From a virus, in the IMG/VR virus record IMGVR_UViG_3300025889_000092, positions 17,808 through 81,807 of that record: a DNA stretch of 64,000 nt; one strand, written 5' to 3'. A program made the position numbers and the translations under genes. The notes under the pieces were generated by a model. It worked only from the letters and a program-made list of their open reading frames with translations. It made no database searches and was not told the origin of the DNA. Positions 56,932-64,000 of the stretch are shown piece by piece. Within the stretch, counting starts at the first letter, position 1. Each line of letters begins with the position of its first letter.

Positions 56932-58137
56932 TTAAAAGTCGGCTTCAAGACTTTCGTCAGCCGAGCCTCCTTGTTTAACTTCTGAAATTAAACCATCGAG
57001 GTTTGCACGACCGATGGTGATGAGTTCCGTTCGTTGGTTGATTAATTTTGTAAGATGTTTCGATCGCATCGCATAAATATCCTTTTCGAGATCGACTTCT
57101 TTGATCAAAAGATCGAGAGAAGATTGATCTTCGACCGTCTTAACTCGTTCGCACAGAGTTTTATATTTGCTTGAGAGAGCTAGGGACTCCTGCAATTTCT
57201 TCAGTCCAGCTGATTCATTTCTGGTGTTGCATATGTTTTCTAGTTCCTCCTTTATCTCTTCTTGGACTTCAAAGAACATCTTTGATGCGCTTTGTCTTAC
57301 CTGACGTGCAGGAGATTGCATATCGTTAGCGGTCTCTAGCAACTTTTCGGCGAGCTGAGACAGGTTTTCAAACCCCGCGACACTGTCGCTTATTAGTTTG
57401 AGTTTGTTAGCTGTTATTTGCCAGGAACCTCTCTTCTTATCGCTACCGGTCTGTTGCTTTCCAATCTTGGTGACGCTTCGACAGTCGAGGTCATCGAGAA
57501 GCTCAGCCGACATTAAAAGAGCTCTGTCAGCCGCATTGTTTCGTGCGGCACTCAGAATTTGTTCCGTGTTGATTTGGTTCTCATAAGCAATAATCGAATC
57601 AAGGTCGTCCTCAATCGGTTTGTCGACCTTATAAAGGGATACTGGGAGAGGACCAAGAACATGCACTCTGATAGGTGCGCTGTATGCTTGTTTAGTGGGG
57701 AAAAATTTCATATAAGCGTCAAGTGCTAGCTTATACTCCATATCATCAGTAAAGAGAGGACGGAGTATATTCTCGGCAGTATTTTGCCAAGAGATAAACT
57801 CGCTTTCCCAGACTTCTTTTAGACGTTCGTTGGCTTCTTGCGCCGTGGATTTAATCCTGCTGATAAGTTCTTTCGCTTCTGCAAAATAAGACTTGGTTAC
57901 AAAATGTGTTTCTCCAAAGTGAATGCAGTAGTTGTCGTACAGTTCTCTTTGCATAACTCTTAAAGCATCAAGTTCTGCTTTCAGAGCGTTCGAAAGATTT
58001 GGTCTGATGCCGACTGTGTTGTTTTGTTCGAGAGTGTCTATGACACTTTGAGGCAGTTTTAGATCATCAAACTTGATCTGGACTGACTGCCGAACATCTG
58101 CAGAAATCGAGCAAGCCAGAAGATAGTGTTCCGTCAT
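56932..58137 (-). CDS. DUF3150-like helical protein
   Basis: About 400 aa helical protein upstream of MoxR-vWA; context matches mobile-element triads. Confidence 0.5.
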   Translation of the reverse strand: MTEHYLLACSISADVRQSVQIKFDDLKLPQSVIDTLEQNNTVGIRPNLSNALKAELDALRVMQRELYDNYCIHFGETHFVTKSYFAEAKELISRIKSTAQEANERLKEVWESEFISWQNTAENILRPLFTDDMEYKLALDAYMKFFPTKQAYSAPIRVHVLGPLPVSLYKVDKPIEDDLDSIIAYENQINTEQILSAARNNAADRALLMSAELLDDLDCRSVTKIGKQQTGSDKKRGSWQITANKLKLISDSVAGFENLSQLAEKLLETANDMQSPARQVRQSASKMFFEVQEEIKEELENICNTRNESAGLKKLQESLALSSKYKTLCERVKTVEDQSSLDLLIKEVDLEKDIYAMRSKHLTKLINQRTELITIGRANLDGLISEVKQGGSADESLEADF

Positions 58138-58175
58138 TTGGGTTAGTTACAGAGGCTGTTGTGTTACACAGAATG

Positions 58176-58205
58176 AAAAAACCCTCTTTCTCACAAGAGG
58201 GTTTT
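58176..58205. terminator. Bidirectional terminator-like hairpin
   Basis: AAAAACCCTCTT-tctcac-AAGAGGGTTTT. Confidence 0.8.
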
Positions 58206-58247
58206 GTGTCGTCCCCCGACGCTGAGGGTTTTAAACCCCGATCAAGG

Positions 58248-58418
58248 TTAACGCCTTTCGCAAGGAACGCTCGGTACTTTATGATCTTTACTGATTTCCT
58301 CAGTGTCCCATGATACGAATGGATCGATACCAAGAGCACCAAAGACTGCCACGGTAGCGATGGCTGATCCCAAAAGAAAGGTTGTCAGCCCTGTCGCCAA
58401 GGTTTTTAGGTCTCTCAT
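58248..58418 (-). CDS. Small membrane protein (56 aa, not in track)
   Basis: MRDLKTLATGLTTFLLGSAIATVAVFGALG...; ATGA overlap. Confidence 0.55.
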   Translation of the reverse strand: MRDLKTLATGLTTFLLGSAIATVAVFGALGIDPFVSWDTEEISKDHKVPSVPCERR

Positions 58419-58837
58419 TTGATGCGACCGAAAGCGAGGACAACTTTATCCGTCACGTTATCGCACTCACCCGAGTGGATCAGCTGCTCCGCTTCGTGCT
58501 TTAGTTTCAGCTTCAGTGCTTTTAGCTCATGTTCTAGCTTCTCGATACGCTGTGCGATCTTTTCCAGCTTTGTATGCGGCGTGGGCTTTCGGTGTATGCG
58601 TACGACAATGTTGGTGTTGTACTGTTTGAATTTAAACCGGCTGTGCTCTCCGGAAAACACTGAAAGATCCAAACCTTCGTGCTCAGCGAGTTTTACGTCA
58701 CGCAAAAGGTTGTCTCTTGCACATTCGTAAGGCTTCCCAAAACTCTCGTCGAGTTCTCCGAGTGCTACATCGCATTCATCCCATGCTTGGGCTGCGATCT
58801 CACCGAGGTCTACCAGATCAGAAGTTTTCATGTTCAT
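58415..58837 (-). CDS. Hypothetical coiled-coil protein
   Basis: ORF track; downstream of a sigma70 promoter. Confidence 0.7.
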   Translation of the reverse strand: MNMKTSDLVDLGEIAAQAWDECDVALGELDESFGKPYECARDNLLRDVKLAEHEGLDLSVFSGEHSRFKFKQYNTNIVVRIHRKPTPHTKLEKIAQRIEKLEHELKALKLKLKHEAEQLIHSGECDNVTDKVVLAFGRIK

Positions 58838-58895
58838 GATGGAAGTTAGTGTAACCGCGCCACGTTTGGTCAGGGCGGTGCCCCCTGTGAGCTAC

Positions 58896-58924
58896 AGAGT
58901 ACCGTAGCTAAATGTGGATGTCAA
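58896..58924 (-). promoter_or_regulatory. Sigma70-type promoter
   Basis: TTGACA-17 nt-TACTCT. Confidence 0.75.
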
Positions 58925-58926
58925 TA

Positions 58927-58994
58927 TCGGAACCGAGGGAATCGAACCCTACCCGTACCGCACGAGACATTTGCGGTAGTCTCCAGACGTTCCG
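58927..58994 (-). ncRNA. tRNA-like RNA lacking a canonical D arm
   Basis: Acceptor CGGAAC/GTTCCG; T arm AGGG-TTCGATT-CCCT; 7-bp stem TACCGCA/TGCGGTA. Confidence 0.6.
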
Positions 58995-59000
58995 TTACCC

Positions 59001-59180
59001 TTAGCGACGAGGGTAGACAGAAACCCTCTGCGGGTTCGTTATCCCCAGTTCCCTCATCCCTTTCATTTTAGCCTCTTGCGCCGAGCAAGCTTCTACAACA
59101 CAGTCGAACTTCCAGCCTTCTTTGCCTTTCTTAGCAAAAACGTCAAACTTTTTCACTGCCTGTGCCGCGTGGACGATCAC
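59001..59180 (-). CDS. Small early protein (not in track)
   Basis: ...KKFDVFAKKGKEGWKFDCVVEACSAQEAKMKG... Confidence 0.55.
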   Translation of the reverse strand: MIVHAAQAVKKFDVFAKKGKEGWKFDCVVEACSAQEAKMKGMRELGITNPQRVSVYPRR

Positions 59181-59375
59181 CTTATTAAAGGGTTGAGAGT
59201 TGTGAGTTTAAATCATACTCGTTGAGGCTTCACGAGTACAACAATTCTTTTATGCTTAGGTTTTAGCTTACAGTTTTATCTGTATGTGTTTAAAGCGACA
59301 GCTCAGTCGACTAAACACTTATTTAAAACTTTTTTAATAAGCTCACAACTTAACGAAATTTTCGCTCTTTATGTA

Positions 59376-59624
59376 TTACATACTCTTTGTGAGTTTGTTG
59401 TCAGTTTCTCTCTGAATTACGGCGACGACATCTCCTCCTCGAGGCTTCAACTGCACCTTGTCTCCACAGACCTTACGGTCGCACCTAACTCCATTCCAGC
59501 CAAGCTCACGCTTGACCCTACGCATTACGTTGGCTTCGGTAGCCTCTACGCAGTATTTCTCAGTCCAGCTGTAATTCGCCTTGCCGTTGATCGTGTCGGT
59601 GACTTCGATGAAGTAGTAAGCCAT
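59376..59624 (-). CDS. Small early protein
   Basis: YFIEVTDT..G.ANYSW...VKRELGWNG. Confidence 0.7.
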   Translation of the reverse strand: MAYYFIEVTDTINGKANYSWTEKYCVEATEANVMRRVKRELGWNGVRCDRKVCGDKVQLKPRGGDVVAVIQRETDNKLTKSM

Positions 59625-59659
59625 GTCAATTAGAATTCCTTAAAGGTGAATAGTTTCAA

Positions 59660-59968
59660 GTGGACCCCACACTGAGTGAGTTCTCAATGCGTCTTGCTGG
59701 CGAAGCTGAGCTTCCCGGCGAACTCAATGTGCTGAAGAATTTGCTCCTACGTGGCCAGATTGTTGACGAAGAAGGTAACTCAGTGACCGTTACTCCAAGA
59801 GGTGAAGTGGAGTTCAGAGGATCTGAGTCACCATTCACGTTTAGAGGTTCCTTTGGGCAGGATCCCTCTTTCGCCGTTAACTACCAGTCGAGGAGACCGG
59901 AGTTTGCAGGACGTTCTCCCCAAGCTGCACTTGATGAGGCTCTGCTGAGATTCTCACAAGCATACTGA
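59660..59968 (+). CDS. Lone plus-strand gene with RLAGE tag
   Basis: Start GTG 59660 or ATG 59687; lies within the minus-strand early cluster. Confidence 0.6.
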   Translation: MDPTLSEFSMRLAGEAELPGELNVLKNLLLRGQIVDEEGNSVTVTPRGEVEFRGSESPFTFRGSFGQDPSFAVNYQSRRPEFAGRSPQAALDEALLRFSQAY

Positions 59969-60099
59969 GTAGACGACCGGCTACAGTAGACCACACCAGA
60001 CGCAGTATCAGTTAGGTATGCGTTCGCTGTGTTGATGTAACTGGCGCTGACTCCTGTAAACATCTGCACACAAGTTATGGTCGAGCAGAGGAAGTTCAT
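59881..60099 (-). CDS. Small Cys-containing early protein
   Basis: ATG directly after the RlpA-like stop; 3' end overlaps the convergent gene. Confidence 0.4.
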   Translation of the reverse strand: MNFLCSTITCVQMFTGVSASYINTANAYLTDTASGVVYCSRSSTQYACENLSRASSSAAWGERPANSGLLDW

Positions 60100-60100
60100 T

Positions 60101-60418
60101 TCAATAGTGGATAGAGACCCGAGCGATACCGTCAATCGGCACACCTAATTTGTAGGCCGCACCAGCCGACAGATCTATCGAATTGCAGTCGCACCGGTCA
60201 GTTATCGGCACAACTAAAGATCTACCAGCGTGGCTAACAGTAACTTTTGTGCCACAGGGTAACCATGGATGAGCAGCTGAGATACCCCAATGTTGGTAGG
60301 TTTGACCGCAGTAAGTGACACGGGAGTGATACCACTCGTGATAAACAGTGGCTGTAACCGGGCGAGCCGTTACAGGGTTAGTGAACATCAAAGGCAGCAG
60401 AAGAAGTAGGCGTTTCAT
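60101..60418 (-). CDS. RlpA-like double-psi beta-barrel protein with signal peptide
   Basis: SAAHPWLPCGT.V.V.......V.ITDR.....IDLS..AA..LG. Confidence 0.8.
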   Translation of the reverse strand: MKRLLLLLPLMFTNPVTARPVTATVYHEWYHSRVTYCGQTYQHWGISAAHPWLPCGTKVTVSHAGRSLVVPITDRCDCNSIDLSAGAAYKLGVPIDGIARVSIHY

Positions 60419-60460
60419 GTGATGTTGATGTGATTGTGTGATTTGGCCCCGCGTTAGCGG

Positions 60461-60634
60461 CTACGACTCACCTTTTCGCCAGAGTTTGCACGCCCTTCTC
60501 ACCACATAGTGATGCGCCGTGGGAAACTCGGCGTTGTATTTAGCCACAGCCTTAAAGGCTTCTCTCGAGTCGTTGTACTCAGCGATTGTTTCTATAGGCT
60601 TACCTATGGTTCGCCGCTGAATAAAGTAAGGCAT
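60461..60634 (-). CDS. Small early protein (57 aa, not in track)
   Basis: MPYFIQRRTIGKPIETIAEY...; TGATG overlap. Confidence 0.6.
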   Translation of the reverse strand: MPYFIQRRTIGKPIETIAEYNDSREAFKAVAKYNAEFPTAHHYVVRRACKLWRKGES

Positions 60635-60840
60635 CAAACTTTTGAGAGCTGAATTAGTTTTTGCAATTTGTCGATCCTTTCGTCGATCTGCATGGCGCTA
60701 AACCAATGGCTGGCGTTTTTCCTAGCAGCTTTAAGCTCAGCTAAAGTCTGTTCGGCGTCCGCCACTGTAAGGAACGTGTCAATTGCGTACAGGTTCCCGT
60801 ACTCATCAACCGACTGCAGCTCGATCATGGCTGTGCTCAC
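60634..60840 (-). CDS. Small early protein
   Basis: ORF track. Confidence 0.6.
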   Translation of the reverse strand: MSTAMIELQSVDEYGNLYAIDTFLTVADAEQTLAELKAARKNASHWFSAMQIDERIDKLQKLIQLSKV

Positions 60841-60888
60841 AGTGTTGTCCTTGATACTATGTGCGTTTGTTGAGTTGGCAACGGATCC

Positions 60889-61107
60889 TTACAAACCGTC
60901 ATGCCATTTGGTTCCGAACGACGCGAGCATGTCGGAATCGGAGGGCTCCCATCCCTCGATGTAGTCAAGAGCGGGAAGGATTTCATCCTCAATTTTCTCC
61001 GCAATGTCTGCAGGCATCTCGGGGTGGCTCCTTACCAGCTGCCGGAAACGAGCAGCAGCGTGATAGGACAGAGCGTGCTCTGAGAGTTCGTAGATGTTGT
61101 AGCTCAT
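60889..61107 (-). CDS. Small early protein
   Basis: ORF track. Confidence 0.6.
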   Translation of the reverse strand: MSYNIYELSEHALSYHAAARFRQLVRSHPEMPADIAEKIEDEILPALDYIEGWEPSDSDMLASFGTKWHDGL

Positions 61108-61132
61108 GATGATGTCTGAGTAATTGTGTGAT

Positions 61133-61681
61133 TCAGGAAGCGGCGGTTGTCCTTATGCAGCCGTCTGGTAGTTCTCCCTGCTTTAGGAGTTCGAAGTCCT
61201 CCGGGAGCATAATGCCAAGACCGGGATCCACCATGCGTTTGCAGACGCTTAGATCTTCTGGGATCATGTTGTGTCTTAAAGAGAGACACTCGCGCAGATC
61301 ATCCCACACCCACAGAGGTAGATCCTCAGCTGAATCGTAATCGTCACTGCCTAGTGGGCGATAATGCCAAGCTGTCCGTGTTCCGCTGCTATCAACCTCC
61401 ACAAGTTCATAGCCATGCTCATAGAGAATGTGCTCGTTGAACTTGTCGATGAAACTCCAGAAGCTACGGTCAAAGATCAAAGCGATAACCGGTCGATCTT
61501 TCTTAGGCAGCGTGGGCTTCTCCAGCAGATATTCGCATTTATCTGCCCATTTGCCACAGTCAGCGCACTGGCTCGCTGTCCAAGCGAAGTGAAAGACCCG
61601 ATGCTGAGAACCACAGTGCGGACAATAGATAAACTTTCCCTTGGTCCTTGAAGCTCTAGTCTTGTTAGTTACTTTAGTCAT
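61133..61681 (-). CDS. Zn-ribbon early protein
   Basis: YCPHCG...HFAW.A.QC..C. Confidence 0.6.
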   Translation of the reverse strand: MTKVTNKTRASRTKGKFIYCPHCGSQHRVFHFAWTASQCADCGKWADKCEYLLEKPTLPKKDRPVIALIFDRSFWSFIDKFNEHILYEHGYELVEVDSSGTRTAWHYRPLGSDDYDSAEDLPLWVWDDLRECLSLRHNMIPEDLSVCKRMVDPGLGIMLPEDFELLKQGELPDGCIRTTAAS

Positions 61682-62384
61682 GATTGTTTGCTGTGACATA
61701 CTTAGCGCCTGTACCGTGAGCCTCTACAAAGATGTCAGCCTTAGCGCCGTCGCACAGCTTGCAGGTTGCACAGGTAGCCTGTGAGTTTGCTGCTGTTGCA
61801 GGGCACAGCTTACCACTGTATGCCTGAGCTCCTTTAGGGATAACGGCAAAGGTTTTCCAGCCATGCGCCGTGGCGTCCATGTAGTCAGCCATGCCATCGC
61901 AGGATGCTTGAAACACACCCTTGCACCATTGTGCAAACGGTTGACGCCACTGATGTGTGTAGCCAGTGTGCGCAGCTGCGTGCTCATTGATGGTTGCGAA
62001 CAGCACTGGGGAGATGATCGATGGATCGCCATAGGCACCCCATCGGATCTTGCGGCCCTGAAGCATCTCAGGAGTAAGGTCGCTCAACTTACCGTAGCTG
62101 TTACGCTTGTATGCCTTCCAGATACTATTAGGCGCTTGACCTACATTGACGTAGCAAGAACGTGAGCCGTCAGCTTGCTTACGATGGGGACAATCGCCGC
62201 AGATGGAATAGTCATCCCCCGTGGCAATAGCCTCCACAGGATTAACATCTTCGCGGAGAATCCAGACCTGAAGCATGTTGCCGGTCTTGCGATTGCTAGT
62301 GTTCATAGTCATGATGACTACGAAAGGTTTGCCATCAATGGGAGACAAACCGCGCTGAAGAACGTAGCCGTTGTAGTTAGTCAT
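61674..62384 (-). CDS. Cys-rich radical-SAM-like phage protein (Gp88-like)
   Basis: NRKTG, ICGDCPHR..CYV, IRWGAYGDP, GYTHQW, CPA..C..C.LC, HG. Confidence 0.65.
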   Translation of the reverse strand: MTNYNGYVLQRGLSPIDGKPFVVIMTMNTSNRKTGNMLQVWILREDVNPVEAIATGDDYSICGDCPHRKQADGSRSCYVNVGQAPNSIWKAYKRNSYGKLSDLTPEMLQGRKIRWGAYGDPSIISPVLFATINEHAAAHTGYTHQWRQPFAQWCKGVFQASCDGMADYMDATAHGWKTFAVIPKGAQAYSGKLCPATAANSQATCATCKLCDGAKADIFVEAHGTGAKYVTANNHD

Positions 62385-62391
62385 GAGAGAA

Positions 62392-62613
62392 TCAGTTGGT
62401 GTGGTTGATTACTTTGGCGACAAGATCGTTAGCAGTTTCCTCGTCATACATCTCAGCAATCTCTGCGATTAACTGTTCCTGATCCACATGCATCAGCTCG
62501 TTAGCTATCTGGACTGCACAAGATTCCATAAGATCACGTACATCCATGTCGTCAACAATCTTCCATGCGTAAGAGTCACGCAGGAGATCAACTTGTTCTT
62601 TGGTTAGTGTCAT
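62392..62613 (-). CDS. Small acidic early protein
   Basis: ORF track; TGATCATG junction. Confidence 0.7.
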   Translation of the reverse strand: MTLTKEQVDLLRDSYAWKIVDDMDVRDLMESCAVQIANELMHVDQEQLIAEIAEMYDEETANDLVAKVINHTN

Positions 62614-62615
62614 GA

Positions 62616-62804
62616 TCAGAACTCGATGTGTTGTAGGAATGGATCGAAACTCATCTCCCTGATGTCTTCACAAAGCATCAGATCTTTTGCAGCCCAGTCA
62701 CCACCAGGATGCTCCGGCGTGGTGTTAATTAACTGGATCAAATCTTGTTCATAAGCACGAACGAGACGACGAACAAATTCTCTGGATAGTTTCATGGTTG
62801 GCAT
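62616..62804 (-). CDS. Small early protein
   Basis: ORF track; TGATCATG junctions. Confidence 0.65.
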   Translation of the reverse strand: MPTMKLSREFVRRLVRAYEQDLIQLINTTPEHPGGDWAAKDLMLCEDIREMSFDPFLQHIEF

Positions 62805-62806
62805 GA

Positions 62807-63043
62807 TCAGTGCATGAATGAGTTACGTTGTGAAGCAGTTAGGCATTCATCGCCCCAACTGTTGTCATCTTCGTTGTACATCTCCTGCTCTACCTGAGAG
62901 CACCACGTCTCAAGTTCTTCCTCCAAAAGATCAAGCATGGTGATGAACCTCTGTGGGGAATCAAGATCAGCGAGAGACTCACGCACCCTGCATAGTTCTT
63001 GCACGGCAGAGCATGCATCGTTGAAGCGGTCTGTAGTGTTCAT
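62807..63043 (-). CDS. Small acidic early protein
   Basis: ORF track; TGATCATG junctions. Confidence 0.7.
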   Translation of the reverse strand: MNTTDRFNDACSAVQELCRVRESLADLDSPQRFITMLDLLEEELETWCSQVEQEMYNEDDNSWGDECLTASQRNSFMH

Positions 63044-63045
63044 GA

Positions 63046-63237
63046 TCAGATAACTTTGTGAAGGTCAATGTGATTGTGAACGTTAAAGTTACGAGCGACC
63101 CGTACAGCTAAGTTGTACAAGTAACGGCTCTCATCTTCAGTTAGTTCTTCACCAAGAATCTCGTCGCCGTAGTGATAAAGATCGAAGATACGATCTACAA
63201 CTGTCCAGCGAAGTTCTTGTGCTCGTTTGTGTTGCAT
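63046..63237 (-). CDS. Small early protein
   Basis: ORF track; TGATCATG junctions. Confidence 0.65.
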   Translation of the reverse strand: MQHKRAQELRWTVVDRIFDLYHYGDEILGEELTEDESRYLYNLAVRVARNFNVHNHIDLHKVI

Positions 63238-63239
63238 GA

Positions 63240-63596
63240 TCAGTAAAGTTGAGCGACGTTGTTGTCATCAACCCAGACATCTATCGGGCTGTAATCTTTA
63301 CAGAGAGCGGTTAGTTTCTCACCCCAAGGTTCGTGCCATCGACCATCCCAGAAACCAGTACCGTGACCGTTGCGGGTGAGGATAAAGTCATGGGCTGCAT
63401 AGTCCCACTCATCACCCTCTGCTGAGTTAATCATCGTGGCGCGGTGCTCGTAAGCATCGAAGCCTAGTTCCTCTGCTCTCTCCCTGAAGTCTTCCCACTC
63501 TTCAGTTATACGTTCGACCAGTTCTTCACTGGGTTCAAAGTCATCGAAGTTGCTTGACCAAAGGAGAGCGTCGATGGCATGCTGTGCAGAAGTCAT
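63240..63596 (-). CDS. Acidic early protein
   Basis: ALLWSS...HDF.LTRNGHG.GFWD conserved phage motif. Confidence 0.75.
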   Translation of the reverse strand: MTSAQHAIDALLWSSNFDDFEPSEELVERITEEWEDFRERAEELGFDAYEHRATMINSAEGDEWDYAAHDFILTRNGHGTGFWDGRWHEPWGEKLTALCKDYSPIDVWVDDNNVAQLY

Positions 63597-63598
63597 GA

Positions 63599-63748
63599 TC
63601 ATTCTGTGATGAGATTGTGCTGTTTAAGTAGAATCATGTGATCTAATACATCACCAAGTGTTGACCTGATGTACTCATCTTTGAGTGCAGCTTGTTCATA
63701 AGCTTCGTAAACAGTTGTATAAAGATTGTCGAAGTCAGTTTTAGTCAT
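63599..63748 (-). CDS. Small early protein (49 aa, not in track)
   Basis: MTKTDFDNLYTTVYEAYE...NLITE; TGATCATG on both sides. Confidence 0.65.
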   Translation of the reverse strand: MTKTDFDNLYTTVYEAYEQAALKDEYIRSTLGDVLDHMILLKQHNLITE

Positions 63749-63750
63749 GA

Positions 63751-63999
63751 TCAGGCAAAGGTAAGTTCTTCGTAGGGGCGGAAGTAACGATCCTGCAGAT
63801 ACTCAATCTCTGCGTGAGTTAGTGACTTCGATGCACTGTGAAATACGTTCACACAACGCTTGCAGTGTAAGCACGTGTCGCTGTATTCTTGCGGCCACTG
63901 TTCAGAGTTAGCTTGAACGTGAACTTCAGTGCAGTTAGTTAAGCGAGCGACGTGGACATTGATGCACCTACCTGACGGCAGTTGTACATACTCTGTACA
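63751..63999 (-). CDS. 5'-truncated early protein
   Basis: Open frame from the window edge to TGA 63751. Confidence 0.55.
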   Translation of the reverse strand, partial: CTEYVQLPSGRCINVHVARLTNCTEVHVQANSEQWPQEYSDTCLHCKRCVNVFHSASKSLTHAEIEYLQDRYFRPYEELTFA

Positions 64000-64000
64000 T

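Larger units (their letters stand above)
1..64000. mobile_element. Part of a tailed cyanophage genome (possibly S-EIV1-like lineage)
   Basis: Capsid, tail fibre/collar, endolysin, PolA, D5 primase and ThyX genes; cyanobacterial-type auxiliary genes (NblA-like, Dps, SpeD); no cellular housekeeping genes; no integrase in the window. Confidence 0.93.

Noticed and set aside
58210-58275. Possible second tRNA-like fold (GGGTTTAAAACCC hairpin)
   Set aside because: T loop is non-canonical, half of it lies within ORF 58248-58418, and the stems are weak

Overview
The whole window is part of a tailed dsDNA cyanophage genome, probably freshwater. Host evidence: two NblA-like genes, Dps, SpeD, ThyX and 2OG-Fe(II) oxygenases. 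From memory the gene content resembles S-EIV1-like phages; I could not verify this. Layout: 1-18.5 kb head and virion module (GT17, probable portal and scaffold, major capsid, decoration protein, virion lysin); 18.5-22.6 kb regulators and pseudo-enzymes; 22.6-36.4 kb tail fibre/collar genes, GT47 and an AT-rich oxygenase island; 36.5-41.3 kb lysis, HNH and thyX; 41.4-58.1 kb minus-strand replication module (D5 primase-helicase, exonuclease, SSB, PolA, MoxR-vWA); 58.2-64 kb small early genes. The most notable unexplained signals are: (1) an R-[FLMY]-A-G-[EQDK] peptide tag in eight unrelated, scattered orphan proteins, a candidate capsid-targeting or maturation signal; (2) strong directional Ser-Gly enrichment in outer virion proteins together with GT47 and GT17 genes, a candidate virion glycosylation system; (3) two divergent NblA paralogues; (4) three catalytically altered HNH domains and two altered methyltransferases; (5) an identical TGATCATG junction between six consecutive early genes; (6) a D-arm-less tRNA-like RNA. 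No database searches were run; all family calls come from motifs recognised by eye.
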